From Takakia lepidozioides (taxonomy: Eukaryota; Plantae; Bryophyta), in assembly GCA_030704615.1 (NCBI GenBank), contig CM060733.1, positions 50,778,001-50,842,000 of the forward strand: a stretch of 64,000 bases of DNA, given 5' to 3'. Of the stretch, positions 33,923-52,011 are shown in pieces. The position numbers and the translations under genes were made by a program. Position 1 is the first letter of the stretch; each line of letters begins with the position of its first letter. The notes under the pieces were generated by a model. The model was not told the origin of the DNA, made no database searches, and saw only the letters and a list, made by a program, of their open reading frames with translations.

Positions 33923-34459
33923 TCACCTCCGGGAACGTAAACACTCTTGGCTGATTCGCCAACGATGGCGGAGGATCCCGAAAGGGGAGACAAAGCCTGC
34001 AACAACTTGTGAAATTGGTGGTTGTGGGGAAACTGGAAGGGGATCCCCTAGGTATAAGTAATGAGGATCTACTTGTGCGGCAATGTCAGGATGCTTCTCA
34101 AGATATGGTACCCAAATGTTGTCCTCGAAGTCTGCCCACATCCAACCGCCCTCCGCATTTTTCCCAAACTGCATATCGATGATCACTCTCCCTGCACCCA
34201 ACTTCACCACCTCGCTCACGAAATCATGTTTAAGATCGTCACATGTCAATATCCCCGAGTCTTTTACTTTTTCCATCAAAGGAATGAAATCAGCTCCAGG
34301 AAGTGGCTTTGTATTCATCTTTGCAAGACACACCTCAAAAGGCTCCCCATTCTCTTCTTTCTCTTCTTCTGGATCTGAAGAAAGCTCCTCATACTTACTT
34401 CTCCGAGTTTGGGTGTCTTTCTTTCGAATCGGATTCAAAGTTCTACGTGAAGTAGACAT
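33923..34459 (-). CDS. Hypothetical protein, 178 aa, member of a small repeated family
   Basis: ATG-initiated ORF with natural composition (WMWADFEDNIWVPYLEKHPDIAAQVDPHYLYLGDPLP); a decayed homolog lies at 4285-4855. Confidence 0.5.
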   Translation of the reverse strand: MSTSRRTLNPIRKKDTQTRRSKYEELSSDPEEEKEENGEPFEVCLAKMNTKPLPGADFIPLMEKVKDSGILTCDDLKHDFVSEVVKLGAGRVIIDMQFGKNAEGGWMWADFEDNIWVPYLEKHPDIAAQVDPHYLYLGDPLPVSPQPPISQVVAGFVSPFGILRHRWRISQECLRSRR

Positions 34460-35395
34460 TTTTGCTCTTCTTTCTTAAGAGGTTTTGTGTGCCAATAAAG
34501 AGGAGGTTCTGTGGCGTTATAGAAGATGAAGAGCCAAGTGTCACGGCCGATTCTGCATACCGGATCGGCGGTAGCGAGGAACACGAGGGAACTTTGAGAA
34601 AGTGAAGAATGCCAAGGAACGGGGCTGATTATGCGCGCAGTACAGAATGTAACTTAGCCAATGAGGATTCCACTTCTAATAACACTATGCCGCCATATTA
34701 AGCTATCCACTTCTGTGCCACTCATCAGATATTACCAGTTCTAGAAGTAAACTCTCTTTCTGTAAGCCCGAGTCCTGCAAGGTCATCATCCTTGTCTGTG
34801 GTAGTGAGGAAGAAAGGCATGGAAGTACAATAGACGCTGTGGCGAGTACTTCAGAGTTTGATTGGGTATTTCATGATCAGGCCTACCCCGAAGTTTTACT
34901 TTACCAATTTGCTTTTTGCAACTGTCCCTCAAGTAGCTGAGTGCAGTGGTCCAACTGAGTGTTCCTCTCGTACTCTACTCACGGAGCGTTGTGTCTCTCG
35001 CGACAACTCTCCCAGATGAGGTGTGAGCCGCCATAGCGGTTCGCTTGTTAGCGATACTAGTATAGCTAGTTTGTTGTTGCTCTTCACGACTGCCCATACT
35101 ATTCATCCGCTTTGATTAGAAATCCGCCCACATGTATCATCAAAACAGGCATCCAGACAGTCAGACCCTCAAGCAACACTTCTACTTCTGCACGCTGGTG
35201 GGCTGGATATACTAAAAGAGATCGACATGGATATGTGAGAGATGAAACATCGAGAAAGAGGAAATGAGCGAGAAATGCCCTTTCAAGCATGGGGCATGAT
35301 GGTATGAGCGTCGGCAATACTCCTGGCTCCAGGCAACCCCAGGTCTACAATTGGCCCCACACTTGCAGGCTGTCTCTTGCCCACATGAGTAGGTG

Positions 35396-40133
<4,738 letters not shown>

Positions 40134-41099
40134 GTCTAGGTCTGCAGCATTTTCTTTTATTTGTCCTTTATTCTCCACACCATAGTATCTTCAATTTATC
40201 TAGGACGACGACCGGTATAAAATTTTCCTCTCAAAACGTTGTGGTAATGTATTGTAGAGTACTGAATTACTTGTTAAGTGAAGCTACAGTTTGCCTACAC
40301 TTCTTTTTTCTTTCTTTTCAGGATGCCAGCTAGTGCAGTAGAGAAGGCATTCTGCATACAAAAGGCCACGGTCGCTCATCTCTGGCTAAACTCAAATATA
40401 GGTTTAGCCCAAGTCCATATGAAAAGCTTGATGGCCAGTGGCTTGATGTCTTGGTGGGTTACTTCTCAGCACAAATGCAACTTCTTTGCAACTCTTCCCA
40501 TAGGCTATCTGCATGCAGTGATCTGTATTGCTACTCAGTTCGTTCATGATTTCCTGAGAATATTGACCATCATATCCTGTTGAGGGCATTTCCTGCGGCA
40601 TGTCCATAGGAAATGATAGTGGGGTCTATCAAGCATAGGTGGGAAGTGAGCCCACAATTGCACTTGACTGGAGCGGGTAATGAGTGAAGGGGGGATTTTG
40701 ACTGACTGTGGTGATAATGGAAGGAGATCTTAGTGCTGTCCTAATTCTGGTGTGGGTGGGTGGTGGAGCTGAGCTTCTCCGAAGCTTGGAGAGGAAGTGA
40801 ATATGATTAGTGGGGCAGCCCTGTGCACAAGTTTGTTCAGCATCTTGAATCTGGACAGGTTTGTATGTCTCTCGTGGTGGTGCTTCAGATAGAGCCCTTG
40901 ACTAACTTGGGTGATAGTTGTCAAAAATCCAACAATATCCAATCCCATGGTGGCCACTTGACAGTTCACATAGTGCTTGTAATGGTATTTGGGTATTCTG
41001 TTAAGGATTGATGCGGCAGGAATTGGATTTGCTCCCTCACCTATGGTTTGATTGGGACTTCCTTAGGGCTCACTGGTGCTTCCATAGCGAATTAGAGGT

Positions 41100-41292
41100 C
41101 GTAACAGCTGCCTGTGCAAACCTGGCAGACCTGGAAAAGGGCAAGGAGGACCATGGTGACATGATCAAACCTGGAATTGTACCACATGTCATTCTCAACA
41201 GTGCCCTTGTGGACATGTATGCCAAATGTGGCAGCGTTGAAGATGCAAATGGAGTGTTCGATAATATGGCTGAACGAACTGTGGTGTCCTGA
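41100..41292 (+). pseudogene. Isolated PLS-PPR fragment
   Basis: ACANLADLEKGKEDHGDMIKPGIVPHVILNSALVDMYAKCGSVEDANGVFDNMAERTVVS followed by a stop. Confidence 0.85.
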
Positions 41293-42439
41293 GTGCTCTG
41301 ATTGCAGGATAAGCGCATCAAGGGTGTGGAATGGAGACCAATGGGCTCTCCTCTCATGATCTATGGTTCACCACATGCAGATTCTAGATTGTCGACACCA
41401 AAACTTGAGACTGCACAACCAGTTAACACATATTGGCCCTTAGTTTTCTCTTTTGTATCTTGCAAGAATAAATGACTATCCTAGTCCGATTAAAAACTTT
41501 CCATAAGGCTGTGCTTTTAGCTAGCCTAGAGGTGCTAACATCCTGTCTATCCCACTACATATCCTTGATACTAAGAGGGATGAGAGGATCACACAAAACA
41601 AGACCTGAATTAAAGGATCCTTAATCTATCAGCCCTAGGTGATTCATGTTAACTTTTCACTGATTGGGGAAACAGAAAAGAAGACAATAGCAAGACAGGA
41701 CAGAAAGCTAGAAGAAAGCCTTAAACCTGGATGGAGGACCTTGCAAAAGCTTTTCCCTTAGGAAGCATGAACTGTAGCGTAGCATTCGTGGGCTCTCAGC
41801 ACTTTTTCATCGTTTCATGAAACAGAAACAATGCATATGTTGCGTCTAATTATGCAAAAGACAGCCACACATTCCTGCATGAAGCCAAAAACAAGGGAAG
41901 CACTTGAGAGCACCAATTCAATATATGCCTGTTGGTTTAGCGTTTGTGCAAGGAAGTAGGTGAGGATCTCTTCAAAGAGTACTGAGCTAGATAACCTTTT
42001 CAGCTCACTTAGCAATACAGAAAAATGAAACTTTCTTAAATAATGCAAAGAACTAACTATACCATGATGCCTTTTGGACTCCAAGATACAGCGTCAAATT
42101 TCCTGTAGATCATAGTAACAGGCGTCCTGTTGCACAATGTCCAAATTCAGAGAAATGAAAAGCTAAACCTCGCCGTTTCTGACAGGATACCGGAAGTAGA
42201 AATGGTCGCCAGTCTCCAGATCTTCGGTCTAGATAAGCGAATACTCCACAAGCTGTTACAATCAAGCTTACGATCTCAGCCAAACAGAAGAGATGAAGAA
42301 AATATACTGATAAAACTGAGCTTTATAGCAGCTTGTGGCCATAGTCTTCCAGAAAAAAAGAGGTTCCACCGATTGCAGGAAAGAACACAAATGCACATAC
42401 TAGCCACAAACCTCAGTGGTTGTTGGGTAGGTAAAATAC

Positions 42440-42790
42440 CATGAATGCTCAGATGGCTAGTGTCACTTGAGGAGAAATCGAGGAGAAATCCCGCAGGTGT
42501 TTGCTTGATAGCATCAAGCGACCGATCGACAAGCTCTAGGATGTGCTCTACTCCTACTGTCCTTCCTGCCTCCCCAACCTGCAAAGAGGATCATGGCCCA
42601 GCTTATATGAGTGAGACCACACATTGAACGGTCAGTGCACGCCAAATAAATTACCCAAGATTATCAGGCCCTAACCCATGCAGGCTCACACCCTTCCATG
42701 TAAAGCCTTAGCATGGAAATCGTTGCTGCTTCTGCCATCGCTGGCCACGGTGGTCATATGTGGCATGGATATTGTGGATGCATCTGCCTA
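42440..42790 (-). pseudogene. Protein-L-isoaspartate O-methyltransferase-like relic exons
   Basis: Exon-like VGEAGRTVGVEHILELVDRSLDAIK..LSIH, and an upstream STISMPHM resembling the PIMT ATISAPHMHA motif. The rest of the gene is not recognisable. Confidence 0.5.
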
Positions 42791-43489
42791 GCTTCCTTCA
42801 GGACCACACTTCAAACACGTGGAAAAGGTCATGAAATAATGGGTATAACATTCGTGAAGTGAAACTACAATGTGCATCGATTTGCAGGTGTGCAGCGAGA
42901 TGGAGATCGCAACTTATCAAGGATGTCGATGTCACCTGGGGCAAGGACCACTCCCTCTCCACCAGGTCGTCTGATTCGCGAATTTTCTGGCATGACCTGC
43001 GTGGGAGTCCGATTGCGCTTGATGTGGAAGACGGTTAGGTGAACTGGAGGCACCTCTAGGCTCGTCCATGCCAAAATCTAATCTGGGTGCTCACCCAGAT
43101 TAGATTTTGGAGTCTTAGTCAAGATTTCGAGCCGACTATGGGTCACCCGCTCTTGTTCCCTCCCTGTGGAATTGGGTTTCTTTCTGAGCACCCTCCTTTC
43201 GATCATTCTTTCATCTCTCGTTATTATACTTCAGGACTCTTTGCTCTGCTGACTTGCAGTTCTTCTCACTTGCTTCCCTTTGACATTCTGTTACTGGGTG
43301 CTATCTCCCATGTTGCAGGGATGTTTTTTCCCTGTGTGCCCTTAATTTGATAAAGCCGGGCCTCCTGTCCCCACTGATCTAAAAAAAGAAGAAAGAAAAA
43401 AAGTAAAGAAAAAAGGAAAAGAAATGGCGTGGGAAAAGGAGCGTAGATTTGTAAACAGTTGAGGGCGCCTACGCTTACAGTGAGGCACT

Positions 43490-43950
43490 GGGGCCATGCA
43501 GGGAGGCACGTGTGGAGGGATATTTGGCACAGTGCCATGCAAGCAGCTCTGGACCCAGTTCCTTCGGACATGGACCTGCGCTGCGGGGTAGCACAACGTG
43601 CTTGATGATCGCAGGATCTGCTCAGCATGGGTTGGGTAGGGAAGCTTTGGAGATCTAGGAGCAAATGCGATGGAAAGGGGCGAGGCCCAACAGTGTTTCG
43701 TTGATTACTTGTGTTGTCAATGCCTGTGCCATCTTAGCATGGGTGTGGTGGTAGGGAGGTCCTTGAGCTGTTTGAGAGATGCAACAGGAAGGTTTGAAGG
43801 CAGGTGGCGTGTTCTTTACATCTCTTTTGTGTGCATGCAGCCATTTGGGGCTAGAGGATGAAGGCTGCACTCCAGTAGTGGAGATCACGACCTCACTCCT
43901 AGAGTGGAGCATTTTCGCTGCATGGTGGACCTTGTTGGTCGTGTTGGAAC
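43490..43950 (+). pseudogene. Degenerate PLS-PPR C-terminal (P2-L2-S2) fragment
   Basis: HGCGGREVLELFE, MQQEGLKAGGVFFTSLLCACSHLGLEDEG, LTPRVEHFRCMVDLVGRVG. Confidence 0.75.
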
Positions 43951-43974
43951 TCCTCTCGGTGGGCCTGGACCCAG

Positions 43975-46175
43975 ATGGCCGGCCCAGTTCGGAAGCTTGA
44001 GGCAGATGAAAGGCGCAATTTTGGAGCCCCGGACCATAATCCTATCATACTGGCCAGTGGCGCTGGTGTAGACGCACCTGATGATGAATGGAGAGCGCAA
44101 GGAGACGCAGGTCAAGACTGCTCCAATAGTAGCACAGCGGCTAGTGAAAAATCAGGTAGATAGCAGGATGTATCATTGAACGTAATGGAAAACCTTGCGG
44201 TCTTAAATTTTGTGCCTGGCAGTTGTACATGAGACTAGCCTTGTGGCCCGAGAAGGAAAGCGATTCGTACTAATGGGAAAGTTGCATGCAGAAAAGAGAA
44301 AAAGAAAAACAGAATCTATCGAGGAGGAGTCTGTGGCCAAACCCTACGAGTGCAGATTTTGTCCAATGAAGTTTGCTAAATCACAAGCATTGGGTGGACA
44401 CATGAACCGTCATCGCCAAGGTAACGATGGTAAAATACTGGTCATGGTTTACACTTGCTAAATGTATACTGAATACCCAGGCCAATTCTCTAGGCTTAGT
44501 TGAAAAGACTCTTCAGAACTATTAAAGTCAGATCTAGTTATGTACAAACTCGTACTTGACTATGTCGAAGATATAAATCCAGAATTATCTGAGATAATTA
44601 TGTATCAATTGACATTGGCTTACAGAAAGAGAACGGGAGCAGTACATGCATGCTCGGCAGCTTGTGATGCAGCAGCAACCTGCCTGCAGCTTTTCTCCGT
44701 GGACGTAAGTTGATCTATCGATGCAATGGAATTGCCAGTATATTATGAAGTATCTGCTCGTCACATGCATTGCTATTAAAGTCCACTGTTCATATATGAC
44801 CGACCTCTCCTTCGGGGCAGGTAACAATTATACTGACAATGAAGTTTATGTCAAGCACTAAACACTCTCCTTGAAGACCAGACATTGCTGTACGTGTTCC
44901 TGGTTGGTTTAATTGTCATGTTTGGAACTAGTCTAGAGGTAGAACGATCTTCAGCATGCATAAAAATACATTCGGGGGCATTTTTGCAACAGGATGCCAA
45001 CACAGAACACCTCAGGTGCTGCCTCACTTGGACGTTACAATCAGAGTTCACAACAAAGGGAAGCCTCAAATTTCAACTTCAGAGTAAGTGCTCCATCAAC
45101 CCCAGCAATGCCCGCATCACCAGCTGCAAACCTCTACAACAGTTCTGGATTACCCAGCAACCTACAGTGGTCAAATGTGTTCGGACAGTCTGGTGGTCAG
45201 AGTACAGTTGGAACAGGACTTCCCACAGAGAGTAGCAGGTCTCTGCAAAACATTAACTGGCGAGACGATTCGATGGTGATACCAAATTTTCTGCAAGGGC
45301 GGCAGCCATTTGGAAGTTTCGGGTCCTTCAACAACCTGCCCGCTCGCACCTCGGCAGCCTTTGGTGTAGGCTCAGATATAGCAGCTGGGGGGTTACCGTA
45401 TGTGGAGCAGCGAGGCACAATGGACGTGAATAGCCTGATGCCAAATCCCCTCGGGCATCGGATGAGCAGCAGCGTACCAAGGCAATTGGCTACGAGTGGG
45501 TCATCCAGCTTGCTTCAGGCGACTGGTACAGGTCCTGATCAGAAGCGTTATGTTGGGCAAACAGCCATGTCAAGCCATAGTGGCAGTTCTCTTGGCCAGT
45601 TGGGTTTCTCTTCCGACCAACTTCAATCTCTTTCCCAAGGTTCAGCATTGCAGTTAGACGTTTCATCTCAGTTTAACCTCCCACCCATTACTGTACCAGG
45701 ATATCAGTTCCTGCCTGGGTTGCAGGGACAAGATTTTTTGGGACAATCGTCTACCGCATTCGAAGGGATGTCATGGATACAGCCGTTTGCAGGGAACAAA
45801 AATACAGTGAGTGCCCTAGGCTCTGCAACGGGAAGTGAGGGCTTCAATAATACTGCTTTGGGTCAAGACACCTTCAATATAGAAGGGGGAGGGCAAGCAG
45901 GCCAAAACAGCGAAATGTGCACTGGACAAGCTGATGCTGAGGGACTAGCATCAGGTGCCGACAACTCACCTCTCAACATTGAACCTGGAGACTCTGGAAT
46001 CACTGGGTTGCCAGTTTTGCCGGGGATAGCATCCCTTTCCAGATATCGATCAGCTGATTTCAGTTCTGCGGCAGAAGGGACGTGGAGGAATATGGCACAG
46101 GCAACTCAACCTGGTCCGAGTTCCACTACCCCACCAACAAGTGAGACACTCTCCTTGCTCGATCCCAGTTCGTGA
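43975..46175 (+). CDS. Single C2H2 zinc-finger protein, JAGGED/NUBBIN-like; exons about 43975-44155, 44223-44420, 44625-44704, 44993-46175
   Basis: YECRFCPMKFAKSQALGGHMNRHRQ/EREREQYMHARQLV closely follows the JAG finger and its downstream ERE..ARQLV extension; long S/G/Q-rich last exon. Confidence 0.85.
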
Positions 46176-47420
46176 GGGGTGTTCACACGATCAGCTGAAA
46201 ACCAGCTATACAGCAAGGGTATTTGTACTGGTGTTTGACACGGTTTTGAAAATTCCTTCAGAGCAGCTTGCAACTGCAGCTTATGCACTTGTGCAGATTT
46301 AAGGGATGCAGAGAGAGACTGCACCTTGCCCACGACTGCTTGGAATTATAGCTCGGCCATCCTTGCAAGGCAGGACTCTGCAGTGGGAGGGTCAAAAGTA
46401 GGCGAGAGGCTGCAGCTCAAGCGTACTAGCAACATCTCGAAGCCTCAATGCCCCCCTGACTATTAATTTTGACACTAAATTCCAATAATTTTGTACATGA
46501 TCCAGTCTTGTGTAAAGAATGTTTACTGAATGTTCTCACCTGAGACTTCAGACAGAAGTTCTGCTGCTGATCTCAAACAATGAGAAAATGATTGAGGATG
46601 TCAAGCCCAGGAATGGTTGATGGCTTGGCTGATTATTCCTACATATTGATTGATTACTGTGCTCACAGATTGCAAATGATAATTGGATGTGAATTAGGTG
46701 CAAGACATGTAGGCAGTGACAAGAATCATTTCTTGGTGCAGATGCTGCTGAAACCCTGCTAGTTGTTGTTTCTAAGTTCTTAGATTCTAGTTACTCTTCA
46801 TCCTGTGCAGATTGGGAAAGACCCTCTTATCTAGTATTGAGTCGTGTAAGCATGTTCTTCGTTGCTTACCACAAGCAGTTTCTATCAGTGACCTTGGGAT
46901 GGGAAGAGGCTGGCCAGCTTTTTGAGGATATGATTTGACTCACTCGATGTGCGTAGAAGTCTTCAAGAGTATTGTGCATCCAACTAACTGTTTCCTGGAC
47001 TGTTGTAGCAAGCAGCCTTGCCCTTGATTCACATTACATCAACAAGATGCCTAGTGATGTCATTTAAGCAATTATACCAACTTCTTTTAACTTTGAAACA
47101 CACACCTATTAGCAACCCGTAGCATGTCATAGTCTGGTCCCTGCTTCAGCAGCTGGAAATAAACCTTACATTAAGTACAGGAGCCCTTAAGCTCCAAGTC
47201 GGTTTTGCAACATTGTCAACCTTTTATCAATCCCCCCACTCTAGAGCCCTAATCTCTAGAGTACCTAATGTAAGGAAGGAGCCTTTTGAAAAACTACCGA
47301 ACTAAACTTGTCATTCTTGCACATGGGAGATAACAAGGGTGGTTGAGTATAAAACTGAGCAAGTAATGCCTACACATTGGAGAGGGAGTAATGGACAGGC
47401 TATGGGTAGAACATCGTAAG

Positions 47421-50400
47421 TCAGTAATAGTTTCCAATCTTACGGTGATGGGCTGCTGTACGTCCATCAGGCTTGGAAACGTTGCCATCAGTTACCTGAG
47501 CATATACAATCCAATGATCACTTGTTTCCATCCGGCTCATTACAGTACATTCGATGTACGCCAATGTATCAATTAAAATGGGACTGCCGTTTGCTGCTGC
47601 TGTCCATTGCACGCCTTCAAATCGGTCCGCTGCGAAGACAAAATACCCCACTGCCAGCTGTGAGCCGCCAAAAGTGATACAACCAAAACAACGGCTAGAT
47701 AACAGTAACAATAGTACTTGCACAAGACAAAACGAGACCAATTGCCAATTGACGTAACTTAAATGAGATGAGATAGTGGAACAGGGAAGTTCTGATGTTT
47801 GGATACACTGGCTGAGTGCGACTTTCTGAGTGACCCTGCTGTTGGATCTAATAAGTTGATGCATGCTCCTACTGCCATCCAATTCAAAGAACATTTGACG
47901 TTAAGGTCACAGCGACAGAAAGCTTTAGGAGAGGGGTTCGGAAGAAAACCTCCCGGAGGAAAGCGCTTAAGAAAGTGCTTCATGAGAGGCGCATAGTTGT
48001 TCTCTTCGAGGCAATTTAGTACAAATGTGTCACCCACCTGCCACAGAGCAACCGCTAATACCTCAGGCCTGCCTGTCACTTCATAAAAGTAGACTAATGA
48101 ACTGTTTCCTTTCTTAACATTCTTCTCAGTGATGGCCTGAACCATTGCTGGCATGTGGTTTTCATGCATGGATCCACCAAGGAAGATGATAGAGGTGCAG
48201 CTCAACAACAGCAACCTTTCGCTTTGGCTTCAGGCTTTCTGCACACACCTGCATAAGAGACTCGATAGCCCGATCCTTGGCCACTGCAATTGTGATGCCT
48301 AGCGGCTTGAAACTGGCCTGCTCACACACCACAGAATGTCACACTAGTTAGCATAGCAGCTTCCATCAAAACTCCGGGGCGCTTATGTAGTTCACTATGA
48401 AGGGCAAAAGAGGCACTGAAGGTAAACGGACTTCGTCAGCTCAGCTGTCACTAACCTGAGAAACCCAGGATGCCACCATAGCACCCTTGGATGAGCCCTT
48501 TGTAGCTGTGACAACATAAAGACCACCAGAAACCCGAGCAATGGCTCTTGCCACATCATAGGGCATGTTATCTTTTTTGGCTTGAATAACTTTCTTCTGT
48601 GTTAGTAACTGTCCCAAATCAGTGCCTGCCTCCTCATACTCCTGATACCTGCAGCCTCAGACTTGCAAGTCAGCTTTTACAGTCCACCACCCTACCTAGT
48701 GAAATTGAAAGAGTGTAGGAAATTTACTGTTACAAAAGAACTCTCAAGCACTCTTGACAAAAAATGGTTAACGGGGAGAGATTACGTTGCCTCTGTTGGA
48801 GTCTCCTTCACTCGGAGAGGAGGGAAGGGAGAGGAGAAGCCAAGTTCCATGAAGCGCGCCAGCATGGTATCAACTGGTTCATCATCTCCCCCATAGCTCT
48901 CTGCAATCACCACAGCCTGCATTCAACAGTGCTTCATCACATTCAGTCACCCTCAGAAATAGCTTGATGCCAGCAGCTCTGTCAGCATTACAAAGTAATG
49001 GTGCCAGAATCAAAATCCATAGGCGAATAAAAAAGTGCGAGGGGATGATACCTGCTTTCCCTTCAATGCTGCATACAGTATGCTAACAGCTGTGTTGGCA
49101 GTGCCAGAACTGGGAGGTGCCATTATCACCACTGCCCCACTCTTGGCTACAACCTCTATCAGTTCTTGTGGATCTGCAGAGTTCAGATCCATCATCTCCA
49201 CCTCTGTGTTTGTCTTGGTCAAGCCTCTTGCAAGTGCCTGCATTCGTACTTGCCATCCTTAGCAACTAAAAGGCGGTGCAAGATAAATCATCTAGTGACT
49301 TCAACCTTAGCTTTTGTGAAGAGGGACAGAGAGAAAGCAGACAACCAGAAGAGGGAAGGAAGTGATACATAACAAATGGTTTCTAGTAGTTTCGAAACAC
49401 TTCCCAACATAGGACCTTCTTCAATGTCCTGTAGCAGTAGATTGATCAATGGACTAACTAATTTCAAAGGAACACAAAGGACACACTTGCAGTAGTAACA
49501 CAATGGGAAATGATTGCACAAAGCAGGTGACAAGATATGAACAGCTGTGGTTGTGACTGCTGAGGCTCTGCAAACAACTATTGGAAAAGACTGATACAAG
49601 AGAAAACAAATATTTCAGCTACATGCATGTGAAGATGAAGTTTGAGTGTTTCGCAGCTGCTCACCTGTGAAAGGCGGTCACTGAAGCCATAGTCAGAGAC
49701 ATAGAGAAGAGCCACAGAGGTCAACTTCTTTTCTTGTGCTTGCTTGCTCCAGGTCTCATACTTGTGCATGAACTCTCCAACATTGTATCGCAGTAATGGG
49801 CCATGGCCAACTCCTATCAACCCAAACTCCATACCATGCACTCGCTTCAAGGCACTCAATACTGAACGTGAGTTGGGTCGCATGAGACAGTCATAGTAAA
49901 AGCGAAAATGCGGCTCTAGTTCCTCCAGATCTTCATCGTACACCTGCCGACTCCGCAACAAACAAATCCATTGAAAACCCATGTCCACCTAAGGTACACG
50001 CACATACTGATATTCAAACACAACCCACAACTGCCGATTGGACATGTGCAGATTGTTCAGTGCTAGAATGTTATGGTATAGTTGCTCCTAGCAAGAATTA
50101 CACCTCTTTAGGACTATTCTGTGATGAACATTAATAGCAGCTCAGCTCAGCTCAACCCAGCTCAACCCAATTTGCAGTGTAGCACCAGACTGCATGAGCA
50201 CAGGCAGGTGACCAAAAGACAAATGGCAAAGGCAGGAGTGGTCTCTACATTGTACCGCTTCAGAGCAGTAGTGCATGCCAAAGGCATCACATGTGAAGAG
50301 AATTCCAGAGCCACGATCTAAAGTGAACATTGTATCAGGCCAATGCAGATTGGGCGCTATGACAAATTCCAGCACATGTCCTTTCCCCAGGTCCAGTGTG

Positions 50401-52011
50401 TCTCCCCCCTGCGCTCCACATGCCATAAAAGTTGGGAGGCAAATAATGAGATCGGCAAACTGGGAGAGAAGTGGGAAGGTGTGCAACTTGGACATCAAAA
50501 ACCTAGCATGCTTCCAATAAGGTGACAATTCTCATAAACCAACATGATTGTAGTAACAATAAAGCATGCAACTGGGATAAGCGCAAGTCTCCTTAGTCTA
50601 GCCAGATCATTAACTGCAGACTGCCTGAATTCCACTAAATCAACACTTTCCGCCTTCCATACCATCCTTTGAGATAGCCAGTAAAAAGGAGCACCATGCA
50701 CTGCTGTTTGAGGAAATAAAGAAGCCACACCTTCACCACAAGGCTCTTAAATGGGCGGCGCACCAGGTTCTGAAGAAACTGGATGGCGACTTTTGATCCC
50801 ACAACTATTGCTCTTGGTGCTAGGTCTAGAAGGTCGGGGATCAGGCCACTATGATCAGGTTCCGTGTGATTGACTAATAAATAATCAATCCTGCTTGGAT
50901 CAATTTGCCCCTTAACTGCTGCCAGATATAGATCCCTGAACTTTTCATGTGATGCATCAATGACAGCCAGCTTACTTCCCTGTATGATGAAGGAGTTGTA
51001 GGTCGTCCCATTCTGAAGCCCAAATTCTCTACAAACAATGCCAATAGAAAAATAAGATTCAGAAGTAATTTTAAATTATGTATGGCACTTAACAACAGGC
51101 ATTTACTTCCTCCGCTTCCCCCTGGCACAGTTGCTGAAATCCTCACTCGGACGACCGGGAGAGAGAGGGGGAATTCCATTCAGGTATAACCCATCGCAGA
51201 GTGAGCTGAACAGTATGTAGAAAACTGAGGGGGAACGGCAGACAGGCAGATACGAAACAGCGATTCAAAGAAGGAGAGGATACCGAGGTTGATGCGAAAG
51301 ATGCAGTATCAATTGCTTGTCTGATTTCAAAACAAGATTCAATAAGAAGTAGTGGGTGACCAATCTTTTGTCTCTACTCAGCTCGTAATCTAAACTGATC
51401 ACAACCACATTCTTGGAATTCCGCATCGTTCAATATCGCTGGTGATGGTAATGATCGGTGGCTACCCAAGGCTTCAAATTGAAATTCCTACACAGTGTCA
51501 ACCAGTCAGGCAAAATGCAATGCTAATCCTCAAGTGCGAAAGCTACAGTCGACAAAGCACGCGACCCCAAGATATCTTCCTACTTCTTCAGAATTCCGTC
51601 ACAAAACAACATAAAAAATCGAATAGCAGCCAATCATGAAGAAAAGTAAGAAACCTACATGTCGAACCGGTCTCGGTCCCAATCCAGAGACCGAATGGTG
51701 GTGATGTCTTCAGCAATGGGTAATACCTGTGTCTGAAGGCGTTTCCCAGGCTGCCAATTCACTACCTCCGACAGCTTCGGTGGCTCAGCCACCGTCACGC
51801 CTAACGCTCTCACTCCAACACTACACCTCGCACGCTGCCACTCCTCCTTATTACTAACATACCCACCATCTCCTTCAACACGACGGACTCCCTTCCCTGG
51901 AAACGAAGCAAAGAATCCATGCTTGGACTGCAGAGCAAGCCCAGGACAGTATGCCCCAGCTGCACAACCCGAAGCACACACAACTCGAGACGAAGCTACA
52001 ATCCCAGACAT
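47421..52011 (-). CDS. FLVB: Chloroplast flavodiiron protein, Flv3/FLVB type; multi-exon
   Basis: Transit peptide, then [28 protein letters not shown]; NHTEPDHSG; APNLHWPDT; CDAFGMHY; GHGP; flavodoxin region [24 protein letters not shown]; flavin reductase region [20 protein letters not shown] then stop. Confidence 0.95.
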
